The notes: a model not told the origin generated them from the sequence alone. DNA of 59,042 bases, filler included, from 5 parts of 5 records of this genome joined end to end with filler, not necessarily neighbours in it; one strand, 5' to 3'. Positions 36,353 through 48,533 are shown, counted from the first letter of the whole stretch. Program-made: numbers and translations.

Positions 36353-37006
36353 ATGAACAGCAATGCAATCCGTGGTGATGCTACAGCCTCGGGTAAAAAA
36401 ACACGTACAAAGCAGCCTTTGCTTTGATGTCATCACTTTTTTTATGTGGGGCGCTATTGTTTCCCTGAATGATGTCCTCATTCCGCATTTGAAAAGCCTG
36501 TTTGATATGAACTATACGCAGACAATGCTTATACAGTTCTGTTATTTTGGTGCCTATTTTACAATGGCTGTTCCAGCCAGTATGATCATTGGCCGCATCG
36601 GATATAAAAAAGGAATTGTTCTCGGATTGGCAGTGGTCGGTGTCGGTTGTTTGATTTTTCTGCCGGCAGCACAGATTATTTCCTACGGCCTGTTTCTGTT
36701 TGGATTATTTACAATGGCAACCGGAAATGTCTTTCTACAGGTTGTTGGAAATCCTTACGTCACAATACTTGGTCCCCCGGAAACGGCTTCAAGTCGTTTA
36801 AACCTGGCACAAGGAATCAACTCGGCTGCAACAACACTGGCTCCTTTGTTTGGCGCATATGTAATCCTTGGAAACTTTTCCAGCGACGCGGAACAAGCGG
36901 CCACTGTCCAGGGACCTTATATTGGCCTGGCCATTTTTGCTTTTATTATCGCCGCAGTATTTTTCTTTTCCAAACTTCCCACAATCAAAAGCACTACAAC
37001 AAAAAA
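36353..37006 (+). CDS. FucP/GluP-type sugar MFS transporter, two homopolymer frameshifts near the 5' end, truncated at contig end
   Basis: FFMWG, LNDVLIPHLK, RIGYKKGI, NPYVTILGPPETASSRLNLAQ. Restoring one base in A7 (36395-36401) and T7 (36437-36443) links it to the ATG at 36353. Confidence 0.88.
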
Positions 37007-37106
37007 NNNNNNNNNNNNNNNNNNNNNNNNNNNNNNNNNNNNNNNNNNNNTTAATTAATTAANNNNNNNNNNNNNNNNNNNNNNNNNNNNNNNNNNNNNN
37101 NNNNNN
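37007..37106. other. Artificial contig linker
   Basis: N-run, TTAATTAATTAA, N-run. Confidence 0.99.
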
Positions 37107-37345
37107 TTATCTGCTAAAACACTTTTGTCAACAGGTGGAATTTGAAATACACCCAAATCCTTCTGCAATATTAGATTTTATCCCATTTCTTACTTTGTAT
37201 ATAATCTTTCTTTTTTCATATTTTAATTCATTTAAATATTCTACAGTTTTTGCTTTGCTTGATGCCATAACATAACCTTATTTATAGATTATTACTCTTC
37301 ATTATTATATAATAAAATTACAAGTAATACATATCATATTTTTTA

Positions 37346-38596
37346 CTATATCTTTGCATTTGCAAGCATTAACTTTATCCTGTTTTCTTGATTTACTTTT
37401 GTAGCACCCGGATCATAGTCTATTGCAACAATATTTGCATCAGGATTATTTTCCTTAATTTTTCTTATCATCCCTTTGCCCGCAATGTGATTTGGTAAAC
37501 AACCAAAGGGTTGTGTGCAAACGATATTATTTATTCCCATATGGCACAAATCCAGCATTTCTGCGGTTAAAAGCCATCCTTCGCCCATTTTATTACCGTG
37601 TCCTACATAATCTTTAGTTATAAGACTCTTTAGCTCTTTATACTGAGTTACAGGTACATAGTTACTGTTTTCATCTATAATAGATTTCATGTTTCTCTGT
37701 AAATAGAGCATAAAATCAATAAATTTATTTACAAGGAATTTCTTAATTGGATTACCGCCATATATTTTAATATCGTCAACCCTATTATCTGCTTTGAAAA
37801 TTAAAAAGTCCAATAAACCAGGAACTACAACTTCGCAACCTTCGGTTGCTAAGAAATCTTCTAAATTATTATTACCTAACGGGGCATATTTAACATATAT
37901 TTCTCCAACTATTCCAACTCTAATTTTTTTCTGACTGTGTTTTTTAATCTCTGCAAAATCTTTTGTTATCTCTGCAAGATTTGCCTTTACCTTACCCATT
38001 CGTAAATTAATTGCATTTTGATATTCTTTTGATAATTTATCTTCCCAATACTCAACTAACTTATCAGTCTCTCCCTTGTTTATTTCATATGGTCTTGTTT
38101 GATTTGCAAGCCACATTAACATGTCTGCATATACAATAGCGAATATTAACTGTATTGTTAAGCTTAGAGTTAATTTAAATCCTGGATTTTTTTCGAGCCC
38201 TGATATATTTAAAGAAATTACTGGGATATGACCAAGTCCGCTTTGTTTCAGCGCTTTCCTGAGTAAGTGAATATAATTTGACGCTCTGCAACCTCCGCCT
38301 GTTTGGGTAATAATTAATGCTGTTTTATTTATATCATATTTTCCGCTTTTAAGAGAATCCAATAATTGACCTATAACTAAAAGGGCAGGATAACATGTAT
38401 CATTATGAACACTTTTTAAGCCCTCGTTTACTATATTATCGTTATTTGTATCTAACGTTACTACATTATAGCCATGTAATTTTAGTGTTTTCTCCAGTAA
38501 CCTCATATGAACAGGTAACATATTAGGCATTAAAATGGTGTATTCTTTTTTCATTTCTTTAGTAAATATTATTCTATCTTTATTTAGCTTTGGCAT
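37346..38596 (-). CDS. 2-hydroxyacyl-CoA dehydratase-like subunit (partner of the CoA-substrate activase)
   Basis: Likely start MPKLNK at 38596; HNDTCYPA, TQTGGGCRASNY, GIVGEIYVK, MGEGWLLTAEM, QPFGCLPNHIAGKG, IDYDPGA. Confidence 0.85.
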   Translation of the reverse strand: MPKLNKDRIIFTKEMKKEYTILMPNMLPVHMRLLEKTLKLHGYNVVTLDTNNDNIVNEGLKSVHNDTCYPALLVIGQLLDSLKSGKYDINKTALIITQTGGGCRASNYIHLLRKALKQSGLGHIPVISLNISGLEKNPGFKLTLSLTIQLIFAIVYADMLMWLANQTRPYEINKGETDKLVEYWEDKLSKEYQNAINLRMGKVKANLAEITKDFAEIKKHSQKKIRVGIVGEIYVKYAPLGNNNLEDFLATEGCEVVVPGLLDFLIFKADNRVDDIKIYGGNPIKKFLVNKFIDFMLYLQRNMKSIIDENSNYVPVTQYKELKSLITKDYVGHGNKMGEGWLLTAEMLDLCHMGINNIVCTQPFGCLPNHIAGKGMIRKIKENNPDANIVAIDYDPGATKVNQENRIKLMLANAKI

Positions 38597-38609
38597 AATA
38601 AATCTTTCC

Positions 38610-41520
38610 TTATTGGTTGATAGCCGCAATCAGGCTGCGCAATCTGATTCTTGCAGCACCTAAGTTGTTTATCTCGTCTATCTTAATTTGTGTATACAGC
38701 TTATTATTCTTCTCTAAGATATCTCTAATCTCATCTGATGTAATAGCATCAGTGCCGCACCCAAAAGACACCAGCTGTATAAATTCCATATTTTCTTGAT
38801 CTGCCACGTATCTTGCAGCATTATACATTCTCGACTGATATGTCCATTGGTTAAGCACATTTAAGTTAGGCTTTGAAAGATGATGAGATATACAGTCTTC
38901 TGATATCAAAACTAAGCCGAAAGATGTAATAAGTTCATCTAAACCGTGATTAATCTCTAAATCTATATGATATGGTCTTCCAGATAATACGATTACTTTC
39001 ATGTTATGCTTATTAGCATATTTGATTGCCTTTTCTCCTTGTACTCGTACATAATTCCGAAACTTATGATGGGCTTCATATGCCTTATCAACTGCATGAT
39101 AGACTTGTTTTTTACTTACATTATACATGTTTTTAAAGAATGCATATGCTTTCTTTTTGAAATCCCTTTTTCTGTGCAGTCCAAAATATTCATCAATATA
39201 GTTAACACTATTAAGCCTTTTTATATTTGCTTTTAAAAGCTCTGGATAATACGCTACAACAGGACAGTTATAGTGATTATCACCAATATTTTCGTTAAAG
39301 TTGTAGCTCATACAGGGATAAAAAATATCTTCTAATCCCTTATCTAAAAGCACCTCTATGTGACCATGCATTAGCTTTGCAGGGTAACATACAGTATCAG
39401 ATGGAATAGTGTGTTGCCCTTTAGTGTATATTTCCCTAGTTGACACACCAGAATGTACGACTTCTACTCCCAATTCATTGAAAAAAGCTACCCAGAAAGG
39501 CAGATTTTCATACATATTGAGTCCTAGTGGTATGCCGATTTTCTTATTAGACTTTATAATGTGTAAATTTTTAATATAATTAAGTTTATCACTATATATA
39601 TTTGGTATATCGGCCTTTTTCTCCCCTTTATATGGGCGTTCGCATCTGTTACCAAAAATAAATTTCTTGCCATCATTAAAAATATTAATAGTTAGATTAC
39701 AATGATTTGTGCAAAGTTTACAAACTGTGTTATTACTTTTATGCGTAAAGTTATCAAGCTCATCATTGCTGACAATATTTGATGTAGTATTCCCTTGCTC
39801 CATAGCATACAAAGCTACACCATATGCTCCCATTAAACCGGCAATTGATGGGCGAATTACGTGTTTGCCAAGCTCTTTTTCAAAGCTTCTTAATACTGCA
39901 TCATTTAAAAATGTGCCGCCTTGTACTACAATATTACTACCTAAATCATCACTATTGTGTACCCTGACAACTTTATACAAAGCATTCTTTACAACACTCA
40001 TTGAAAGACCTGCTGAAATATCACCAACGGTTGCTCCTTCTTTTTGAGCTTGCTTTATAGAAGAATTCATAAATACAGTACATCTTGAACCTAAGTCTAT
40101 TGGTGTTTTTGCAAATAGTGCCAGCTTTGCAAATTCATCCACCTCGTAACCTAATGCCTTAGCATAGGTTTGAATAAATGATCCGCAGCCAGATGAACAA
40201 GCTTCATTTAAAAAAATGTTATCAATTGCATGATTTTTTATATGGAAGCATTTAATATCCTGACCGCCAATATCCATAATAAAATTTACGTCATTATTAA
40301 AGTGGTGGGCTGCTTTATAGTGTGCTACTGTTTCGACAAGTCCATAATCTATTTGGAATGCTGTTTTAATTAAGTCTTCACCATATCCTACAACACCAGA
40401 TGAAATAATTTTAATATTATTGCCCATTTTATTGTATAGAGCTTTTAGTTGTTCTCTTATTATTTTTACAGGATTTCCTAAATTAGCACCATAATACTCA
40501 TATAAAATATTGCAGTTTTTATCTATTAATATTATTTTTGTAGTAGTAGAGCCTGCATCTATTCCTAAATAAGCTTCACCTTTATACGTGCTTATATCTT
40601 TTCTTAAGACATCGTTCTCTAAATGTCTTTTTATAAATTGATTATATTCTTCCTCGTCTGCAAACAAAGGCTCCAGTTCTTTTGTTTTAATAGTGTTTTT
40701 ATTTCCATTTTTCACAAGGTCTAATAATTGATTAAAGCTTACTTGTTTTTCACCCTCAGAATATAAAGCTGCGCCGATTCCTACATAGTATTGTGAATTC
40801 TCAGGGAGAATCGCCATATTATCTGCAAGCTTAAGACTTTGTTTAAACCTATTTCTAAGCCCTTTTGAAAATGTTAGAGGACGCTCCTAGGAAAATGACC
40901 TTACCTTCTATTTCCCTGCCTTGAGCAAGACCGGCTATTGTTTGGTCTACTACCGCTTGATGTATGCTGGCTGCAATATTTTTCTTGTGCGCACCTTGGT
41001 TTAGTAAAGGCTGAATGTCACTTTTTGCAAATACTCCGCATCTTGAAGCGATGGTATATATTTTGTCGTGATTTAAACTTAATTCATTTAGCTCATCTAA
41101 GCTTACATCTAAAAGGGTTGCCATTTGGTCAATAAATGCACCTGTGCCTCCGGCACATGAGCCATTCATTCTATATTCTACTCCGTTAGTTAAAAAGATG
41201 ATTTTCGCATCTTCTCCGCCTAATTCTATGACTACGTCAGCATCACTTATGTTTTCCTTAATAGCTAATTGAGTAGCAAAGACTTCTTGTACAAAAGGCA
41301 TATTGCAGGATTTGCTAACGCCTAAGCCAGCAGAACCTGTAAAAGCTACATGTACATTATCATTATGCTTTAAGAACACAGATACATCCTCGAGCATAGT
41401 ACAAGTTGTTTGAAAAACGTCAGAAAAATGACGTTTATAATCTTTAAATATTATATTATTTTCATCATCAAAAAGAACAACTTTTACAGTTGTTGAACCG
41501 ATATCTATTCCTAAATTCAC
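38610..41520 (-). CDS. Acyl-CoA dehydratase activase (two BadF/BcrAD ATPase domains plus DUF2229), split by a +1 frameshift near 40883
   Basis: GIDIGSTT/ELGGEDAK/MNGSCAGGTG and GIDAGSTT/DIGGQD/NEACSSGCGS. Removing one base from ggagcgtcct restores FLGGPLTFSKGLRNRF...MAILPENS. Confidence 0.88.
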
Positions 41521-41569
41521 TTATTTCCTCACTAGTTTTATTGTACACTATTTAATTATTCAATTATTA

Positions 41570-41609
41570 ACTTTAACAACATATCCTTAAAATGTCAACC
41601 TGATGACTA
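41570..41609 (-). promoter_or_regulatory. Sigma70/SigA promoter of the activase operon with an overlapping inverted repeat
   Basis: Minus strand TTGACA-17 nt-TAAAGT. The repeat gtca-tcaggt-tgac overlaps the -35 (possible TetR-type operator). Confidence 0.6.
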
Positions 41610-41863
41610 ACAAATTTTATATATATTTTCTTAAGTTTTTCTTAACTAGAGGTTAATAGGTTTTAATTTAATGGAGTTATTGAAAAATTTTATTTTTAAA
41701 CAGTCCCTTAATTGTAAGTTCAAAAAAAAACTGCTTATAACATAATAACAATTATTCTATAATAAGATTAGATAAAAATAGAAAGATTTTTGCGTAATAC
41801 AATAACTAAACAGATATTTATTCTTACTATAGCGCAATAAAATGAAATTAATAATAACATATT

Positions 41864-41891
41864 TCCAACTTTTTAGATGTTAATACGGTAT
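41864..41891 (+). promoter_or_regulatory. Possible ECF-type autoregulatory promoter
   Basis: tccAAC-16 nt-CGGTAT upstream of the ECF sigma gene; resembles the AAC/CGT ECF consensus. Confidence 0.3.
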
Positions 41892-41937
41892 TTATAATGT
41901 AGAGATGTCATCTTGAAATAATATACGGAGGTACAGA

Positions 41938-42480
41938 TTGGATAGATTATTAACTCATAGATTTAAAAACGGAGATCATAATGCATTTAAAGAGCTATAT
42001 GATAGCAATTGTGATAAAGCATTACGGTTAGCTACTGCCATAATAAAAAATGAAGATATGGCAAAAGATGTGGTGCAGATATCATTTATAAGAGCTTATG
42101 AATATAGGGATGCATATAATCCGAATAAGCAGTTTTCCTATTGGTTTAACAGGATTTTAGTAAATGAATGTAAAAGAGCTTTAGGAAAGAATAAAAATCA
42201 TCCTTTAATTTTGATTGATGACTATTCTTCTGTTACACAAAGTACTTTTGATAATTACAGGTTTGAAAAATATGAGTTTCTATATGCAGCGCTGCAAAGT
42301 TTATCAGATAGTTTAAGGATACCCCTTTTACTAAAATACATTAACGGATTTACTGAAGCTGAAATTGCAGAAACCTTAAATACAAAACATAGCACTGTAA
42401 AATCAAGGCTTTATGAAGGAAGAAAAAAGATTAAGAGCATCTTAGAGGAAAAAGGATATAAGGAGTACTGCTATGAATAG
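41938..42480 (+). CDS. ECF RNA polymerase sigma factor
   Basis: GGAGG RBS and TTG start; GDHNAFKELY, AKDVVQISFIRAY, FSYWFNRILVNEC, EIAETLN...TVKSRL. Confidence 0.92.
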   Translation: MDRLLTHRFKNGDHNAFKELYDSNCDKALRLATAIIKNEDMAKDVVQISFIRAYEYRDAYNPNKQFSYWFNRILVNECKRALGKNKNHPLILIDDYSSVTQSTFDNYRFEKYEFLYAALQSLSDSLRIPLLLKYINGFTEAEIAETLNTKHSTVKSRLYEGRKKIKSILEEKGYKEYCYE

Positions 42481-43281
42481 ATTAGACTATGATTTACAAG
42501 AAGTTATTATGAAAAAGACAGTTTCTATAACGAAAAACAAGAATGATATATGGAAAAATATCGAAATTGAATTGGAGGAAAATAATATGAGAAAAGTTAA
42601 AAAAAATAATAAATTTGGTGCAATTGCAGTTGGTTTAATATTGGTAGCATTGATAGCGACGGCATTTACACCGCCTGGACGTGCAGCGATTGGTAAGATA
42701 ATGGACTTATTTGAACCAGAAAAACTAGTAGATACTGAGGTAGAAGGCCAAATTGAGACAACGGATCAAAAAATACAGGTTGGAACGACTGTAACTCCTG
42801 AACCAGGAGAAACACCTAGAGCTGATTTAGTTACTTATGTAATGTATATTGATGAAACCCGCTATTCGCTTGAAAGTGTTGATGGTGTAGATAGGATTAT
42901 ACCACTAAATTATCCTAACAATTATCCTGAAGTTTACATGGAAATCAAACAGGTATTGGATAAACCAAAAGAGGATGTTTTAAATGACATTATACCAGAA
43001 CTGGAAAATGATTTTGATACAGTATTTGATCCGGAACAAGTAACACAACCATTAGAAGCATTAAAGATTATTGCACATGATGGCGATCCAAATGGAACTA
43101 AACAAACAATGCCTCAATGGGATTCGGATATTGTAATGTATTATTTAGTCGATAATACTGAAGGTGGAACTTTTATAATAAAGATGAAATTTTTATAGAA
43201 GCAGAAGAAGGTCATGGTTCTAGGTTTATTTCAATGCTTGATGAGTTTACAATAATTCCCAATACTGCAATTGAAGATTAA
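42473..43281 (+). CDS. Putative membrane anti-sigma factor, with a frameshift near 43190
   Basis: Overlaps the sigma stop; one TM helix. Adding one T in aaatttttatag extends the ORF to MKFFIEAEEGHGSRFISMLDEFTIIPNTAIED* at 43281. Confidence 0.7.
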
Positions 43282-43400
43282 GAGAGATTAGCAGAAGCAG
43301 ATAGGAAACTAATTTATCATCACAACGAACGATGCAGTGCAGCTATTTGAAATGCTGACTTGAATATGAGTACTTTACTCTAAATTAGTAATTGGTATAA

Positions 43401-43443
43401 AAGAGAAAGCAACTACTACAACAAGTAGTAACAGCTTTCTCTT
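43401..43443 (+). terminator. Intrinsic terminator after the sigma/anti-sigma pair
   Basis: aagagaaagc...actact-acaac-aagtagt...gctttctctt followed by a T-rich tract. Confidence 0.6.
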
Positions 43444-43604
43444 TATTTAATTCTAAGAGATTATAATATTAGGTAAATATATTATAAATTGAATACAATA
43501 ATTTGATTTTTATATATAATTAGAAAAAATAAGGTTGTTATATAAATAAAACACAAGTATAATTAGCTTAGAAATTTATTTAGAGGGGGGATAAATTATT
43601 AAGT

Positions 43605-44393
43605 ATGAAACCATCTTGGTTAAAAGTAAAAATGAATTATCAAGCAACAAAGGAAATGGAAGATATTTTAAGTGCTTTATCATTAAATACAGTTTGCAGA
43701 GGTGCTAACTGCCCTAATAGAGGAGAATGCTTTAAGAATAAAACTGCAGCATTTATGATTTTGGGTAATAACTGTACAAGAAATTGCAGATTCTGCACTG
43801 TGGCAAAGGGTGCAGTTGATCCTTTAGACATAAATGAACCTGAGAATGTTGCTAAAGCATCAAAACAGCTTGAATTAAAACATATCGTAGTAACTAGTGT
43901 AACACGTGACGACTTAAGTGACAATGGTGCTAATCATTTCGCACAAACCATCAAATATTTAAGAGAATATTTGCCGCAAAGCACTGTTGAGGTATTAATT
44001 CCTGATTTTAAAGGCGACATTGACTCACTCAAAATAGTATTAGATAAAAAGCCAGACATACTAAACCATAATGTAGAGACAGTTAAATATTTATACGACA
44101 TAGTTCGTCCAATGGCAGTATACGAAAGGTCTTTGGAGCTTTTAAGAAGGGTTAAAGAAATAGATAATAGCATTTATACAAAAAGTGGACTAATGGTTGG
44201 TTTAGGTGAAACTAGTGGGCAAATCAGTGAATTAATGGATGATTTGCTAAGTGTAGGCTGCGATATTTTAACAATTGGACAATACCTTCAGCCTACAAAA
44301 GAGCATTTACCTGTATATGAGTATATTAGACCAGAATGTTTTGAAGAGTATAAAGAAATGGGTTATAAAAAAGGATTTAAATATGTAGCAAGT
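43605..44393 (+). CDS. lipA: Lipoyl synthase, truncated at contig end
   Basis: KPSWLK; CRGANCPNRGEC (Cx4Cx5C); CTRNCRFC radical-SAM motif; VTSVTRDDL; NHNVETV; TIGQYLQP. Confidence 0.96.
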
Positions 44394-44493
44394 NNNNNNN
44401 NNNNNNNNNNNNNNNNNNNNNNNNNNNNNNNNNNNNNTTAATTAATTAANNNNNNNNNNNNNNNNNNNNNNNNNNNNNNNNNNNNNNNNNNNN
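44394..44493. other. Artificial contig linker
   Basis: N-run, TTAATTAATTAA, N-run. Confidence 0.99.
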
Positions 44494-44494
44494 T

Positions 44495-44983
44495 GATTTT
44501 GCTGAAGATGGGATCTATATAGAAGGAGGCGATGTCCTGCTCAATGGTAAAGAGATTTATGTAGGTCTCTCTGGAAAAGCCAGCACACAGGAAGGTATTG
44601 ACTGGCTTCAATCAGTTCTCGGCGCTGATTATACTGTACATGGGATAAAACTCAGTCCTGAATTTGAACACCTTGACTGTGTAATGTCACTTCTCCGACC
44701 TGGTTTGGGTCTACTCTGTAAAGACGCAGTTACAGGAGAGCTGCCTGATTCTCTAAAAGACTGGGATTGGGTCAATGTCACAATTGCAGAAGCTAAAAAT
44801 CTCGGAGCAAATGCACTTGTTCTTGATAAGGATAGTGTTATTATGGATACCCAGCATCAGCGCATCATAACAGAAGTTAAAAAACATAACCACAATGTTA
44901 TAGAAGTGCCATATGACAAAGTTGCCAAATGGGGTGGAGCTTTCAGATGCTCACACCATCCTTTTGTCCGTATTGATCAGTAG
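44495..44983 (+). CDS. Amidinotransferase / dimethylargininase family protein, 5'-truncated
   Basis: Open from the contig edge: IEGGDVLL, HLDCVMSLLRPG, NALVL, GGAFRCSH (catalytic Cys). Confidence 0.87.
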   Translation, partial: DFAEDGIYIEGGDVLLNGKEIYVGLSGKASTQEGIDWLQSVLGADYTVHGIKLSPEFEHLDCVMSLLRPGLGLLCKDAVTGELPDSLKDWDWVNVTIAEAKNLGANALVLDKDSVIMDTQHQRIITEVKKHNHNVIEVPYDKVAKWGGAFRCSHHPFVRIDQ

Positions 44984-45073
44984 ATATCCGGATTGAGTTC
45001 TATCATTTGAGTAAAACCATTTCCAACAAATTTCACAGAGCCGATGGTTATTATTTAGTAAATGCATTTATGA

Positions 45074-45721
45074 ATGAAAAGAGATTTTATGAATTTTGAT
45101 GCTACAACATGTAAATGGCACAATCCACCCAAAAAATACAACATTACTCATGATAGAGTAATCATCACTACTGACCCCGAGACTGATTTCTGGCAAAACA
45201 CCTATTATGGGTTTCAGAATATCAATGCCCCTGCACTGCTTGCATCATCTGCAGAAAATTTTACATTTACGGTAAAAACAACTTTTGAGTATAAAAATAT
45301 TTTCGATCAAAGCGGGATTATAATCTATATTGATGATCAGAACTGGTTTAAGGCTTCTATAGAATATGAAGATTGTGAAAAGTCAAAACTAGGAAGTGTG
45401 GTCACCAATACTGGATATTCTGACTGGGCAACTCAAGACATTGCAACGCCGAAGTACTGTCATTACAGACTTAGCCGTAGAGGGTCTGATTTTCTACTGG
45501 AATATTCGTTTACCGGCAAAGATTTTACTCAATTGAGAATCTTTCACCTTTCAGCTCTTCCTGATACTCAAGAGAATTACGGCAACTTATCAGCAACAAA
45601 GATCCCTGCTGTTGAAATCAACTTTGGCATATATGCGTGTAGCCCTACAAAAAGTAGTTTTACTGCAGAATTCTCCGAGCTCTCACTCAATAAATCATGC
45701 TGGAAAGCACACTTTTCCTGA
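45074..45721 (+). CDS. DUF1349 domain protein
   Basis: TDFWQNTYYGF, FDQSGI, WFKASIEYE, GSVVTNTGYSDWAT, GIYACSP. Confidence 0.87.
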   Translation: MKRDFMNFDATTCKWHNPPKKYNITHDRVIITTDPETDFWQNTYYGFQNINAPALLASSAENFTFTVKTTFEYKNIFDQSGIIIYIDDQNWFKASIEYEDCEKSKLGSVVTNTGYSDWATQDIATPKYCHYRLSRRGSDFLLEYSFTGKDFTQLRIFHLSALPDTQENYGNLSATKIPAVEINFGIYACSPTKSSFTAEFSELSLNKSCWKAHFS

Positions 45722-45750
45722 GCTTAAAGGCAAAACACAATCAATCAATA

Positions 45751-45785
45751 ATAAAGCTGAGAGAATAATCATCTCTCAGCTTTAT
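45751..45785. terminator. Bidirectional intrinsic terminator
   Basis: ataaagctgagaga-ataatca-tctctcagctttat, a perfect 14-bp stem between convergent genes. Confidence 0.75.
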
Positions 45786-45810
45786 AAATAACTTTTCAAG
45801 TATGAAGTTA

Positions 45811-45951
45811 TTATCTCTTCTTTACTCTAGAATTTTTGTATTTCTTACAAACAATCTCTACTTCATCAACATCATACTCACGCAACCGTTGGATAATCTG
45901 TCTCATCAATAAACTATTCTGAGACTGTCTTCTTGATTTTGATTTAGCCAT
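45811..45951 (-). CDS. 46-aa small basic protein downstream of recJ (not in the ORF track)
   Basis: AAAGGA RBS; MAKSKSRRQSQNSLLMRQIIQRLREYDVDEVEIVCKKYKNSRVKKR*; ends just before the terminator. Confidence 0.55.
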   Translation of the reverse strand: MAKSKSRRQSQNSLLMRQIIQRLREYDVDEVEIVCKKYKNSRVKKR

Positions 45952-46013
45952 AATAGTTAATTTCCTTTATCACACATATAATTAAATCTATCAAACTAAA
46001 GTTAATTAATTAA

Positions 46014-47781
46014 TTAACGCGCAGGCAGCATATCAATGATACGAAGCTCAAGACGCGGTGGATCATAAAATTCATTAAAATTGAGACTGAATGCAATATC
46101 CCACTTTCTTACTCCTCTGTCAATAGCTGCAAGAGGCTGAATATTATTAAATACAACTGCTCTATACGCAGTTCTATTTTTAGTCGCATTAAAAGTAAAA
46201 TGCTTATTATCTTTACCCATAAGCCTCGGTGTACCTGAGACTCGTATACCTTTACATAAAAAGACTGGTTGAGGGTTACCTTCTCCAAATGGAGCCAAGA
46301 ATTTTCAATTCTCTAAGTAATGAATCATTTACTTCCGTAAGATCAACCTCACAATCAATATCAAGTTTAGGAGCAATATTGTTCTGTTTGATCTGTTTCT
46401 CACACTGTTGATCAAGTTCTTTTTTAAAGAAATCAATCTCTGATTTATCTATAGTAAATCCTGCAGCCTGTTCATGCCCTCCAAAAGTCAGGAGTCTCTC
46501 ACGCGAATGGCTTATCGCTTCATATAGATTCAACCCTTGCACACCTCTAGCAGAGCCTTTACCCTTACCTTCAGCATTGAAAGAAATAACAGCAACAGGT
46601 AAATTATAATCATCAGAAAGTCTACCTGCAACAATCCCGATAACACCTTCATGCCACTGATCGGCACATACAACCAGAACTGAAGCATTATTTACATCAT
46701 ACTCTTTTTCAACAATATTTCTAGCACTTTTCAAAGTTTCCTGACAAAGTGCCTGTCTTTCTTTATTTTTACCGTCAAGTATTGCAGCAAGACTTCTTGC
46801 TTCTTCATCTGTCTTGGCAATAAGCAGGTTGAGAGCAAGATCCGCATCCCCAAGCCTACCAGCAGCATTGAGACGTGGAGCTATAGAGAAACCAATATCA
46901 CGACTGGTTGCTTTTGCAGGATCAACCTTTGAAATTTCAAGTAATGCCTTTAAACCAGGGAAAGAACTACCGATACGGTTGAGACCATACCCAACCATCA
47001 CTCTATTCTCACCAGTCATAGGAGCAACATCAGCGATCGTACCGATTGCGACAAAAGGAAGAACAGAAAGAAGTGCTTCCTGTAGCGTATCGCCAACTTT
47101 TTTGCTTCCAATATATGTCTCACACACTGCCCATGCAACTTTGAAAGCAACTCCAGCTCCAACTAGTTCACGGAATGGATAATTGGCATCATCACGTTTC
47201 GGGTTTATAACAGCAAGAGCATCAGGTAATTTCTGTCCACCAGGTTCATGGTGATCAGTAACAATCACATCAATCCCAGCAGCCATCAGTTTTGCAATGT
47301 TCTCATTCTCACTGGTACCACAGTCAACAGTTACTACCAGAGAAATATCCTGTTCTATTGCATGCTTTATAAACGAACTAGATATCCCGTATCCTTCTTC
47401 CATTCGACTCGGCAAATAATAATCTACGTGTGCCCCGAGAGCTCGAAACATGGTAACGAGAACTGCTGTTGCTGTAACTCCATCAGCATCATAATCACCA
47501 AAGACAATAATATTTTCCTGACCTTTTATTGCTTTTGTAATCCGCTCAGTAGCGACACTCATATCACGCATTTCAAAAGGTGAAAGAACTGACGTAAATA
47601 CTGGATTGATAAAGCTTTTTGCTTTATCGATATCTCCATCAATACGTTGCGAGAGTACTGTTGAGGTGACACGAGAAAGCCCGAGTTGCTCAGCTATCTC
47701 AGCCGCAACATCAGAGCATTGAGACCGCACAACCCATTGCGGTCTTACTTGTTGGCACTCACTATTTTGTCCTGAAATCAT
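46014..47781 (-). CDS. recJ: Single-stranded-DNA exonuclease RecJ, split by a +1 frameshift at about 46295
   Basis: GDYDADGVT, VTVDCG, TDHH, GTIADV, APRLNAAGRL, FGGHEQAAG. Removing one G gives LKILAPFGEGNPQP, continuing into 46014..46298. Confidence 0.95.
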
Positions 47782-48318
47782 TAATTATCAACCGTTAAAA
47801 AAAATAATGAATTTATTCTACAGAAACAGCACTAACTAGCAAGCATAATATTTGATATTACAAAACAATCCAATGCTAATCAATTCATTTATGTGCTAAA
47901 GAGTCTTTCTATTATGATAAAAATTCTATTTATTAGCTACTATCTTTTTAAAAACCCAAATCAAACATATGCTCTAATCAATCTTTAATCGCTGTATAAT
48001 CTCATATTATTAATCTGTTATAATTGGATTTAGCTATTATTCATAGGCATGCAGACTTATAGAACTAATTAAATTACAGTATACCTCCATTATGGATAAA
48101 CTCCAGTAAACTACTTAATAGTTTCCTTTGCATTATTAGTTTACAACACATGATAGAGTAAATTTTAAACAAACAACAGATCGATAGTATTAAGGTTACG
48201 AAATTAATAAAAGTTTTACCAGAAAGCGTAAATACACTTTCTGAAACATTTAACATAATATATACCTGCATAATTTACTAATAATTAGTAATTAGTTTAT
48301 TAATATTACACTGACAAC

Positions 48319-48347
48319 TGGACTTACAATCGCCGGTATGCTATTAT
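48319..48347 (+). promoter_or_regulatory. Sigma70-type promoter with extended -10
   Basis: TGGACT-17 nt-TATTAT with TGn before the -10, upstream of the leader ORF. Confidence 0.45.
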
Positions 48348-48425
48348 AGTATAAATCTATCAGCTTATATTACAAACTGATATAATATCTCAATCTTAAA
48401 TACATTATTTATAAAGGAGGATGCC

Positions 48426-48470
48426 ATGATAATTCAGACCAATACAATGCAAAAGGTTATTTTTAAGTAA
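48426..48470 (+). CDS. Putative 14-aa leader peptide
   Basis: AAGGAGG 5 nt upstream; MIIQTNTMQKVIFK*; stop codon lies inside a hairpin (48467-48507). Confidence 0.5.
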   Translation: MIIQTNTMQKVIFK

Positions 48471-48533
48471 CAACAGATATTGAGTAACATTGGTATTCTG
48501 TTGTTGCAGGATTCATAAGATCAGGAGATTTTA

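Noticed and set aside
37169..37267. 32-aa minus-strand ORF MASSKAKTVEYLNELKYEKK...
   Set aside because: It looks vaguely like a gene start but stops early near the contig edge, with no supporting motif.
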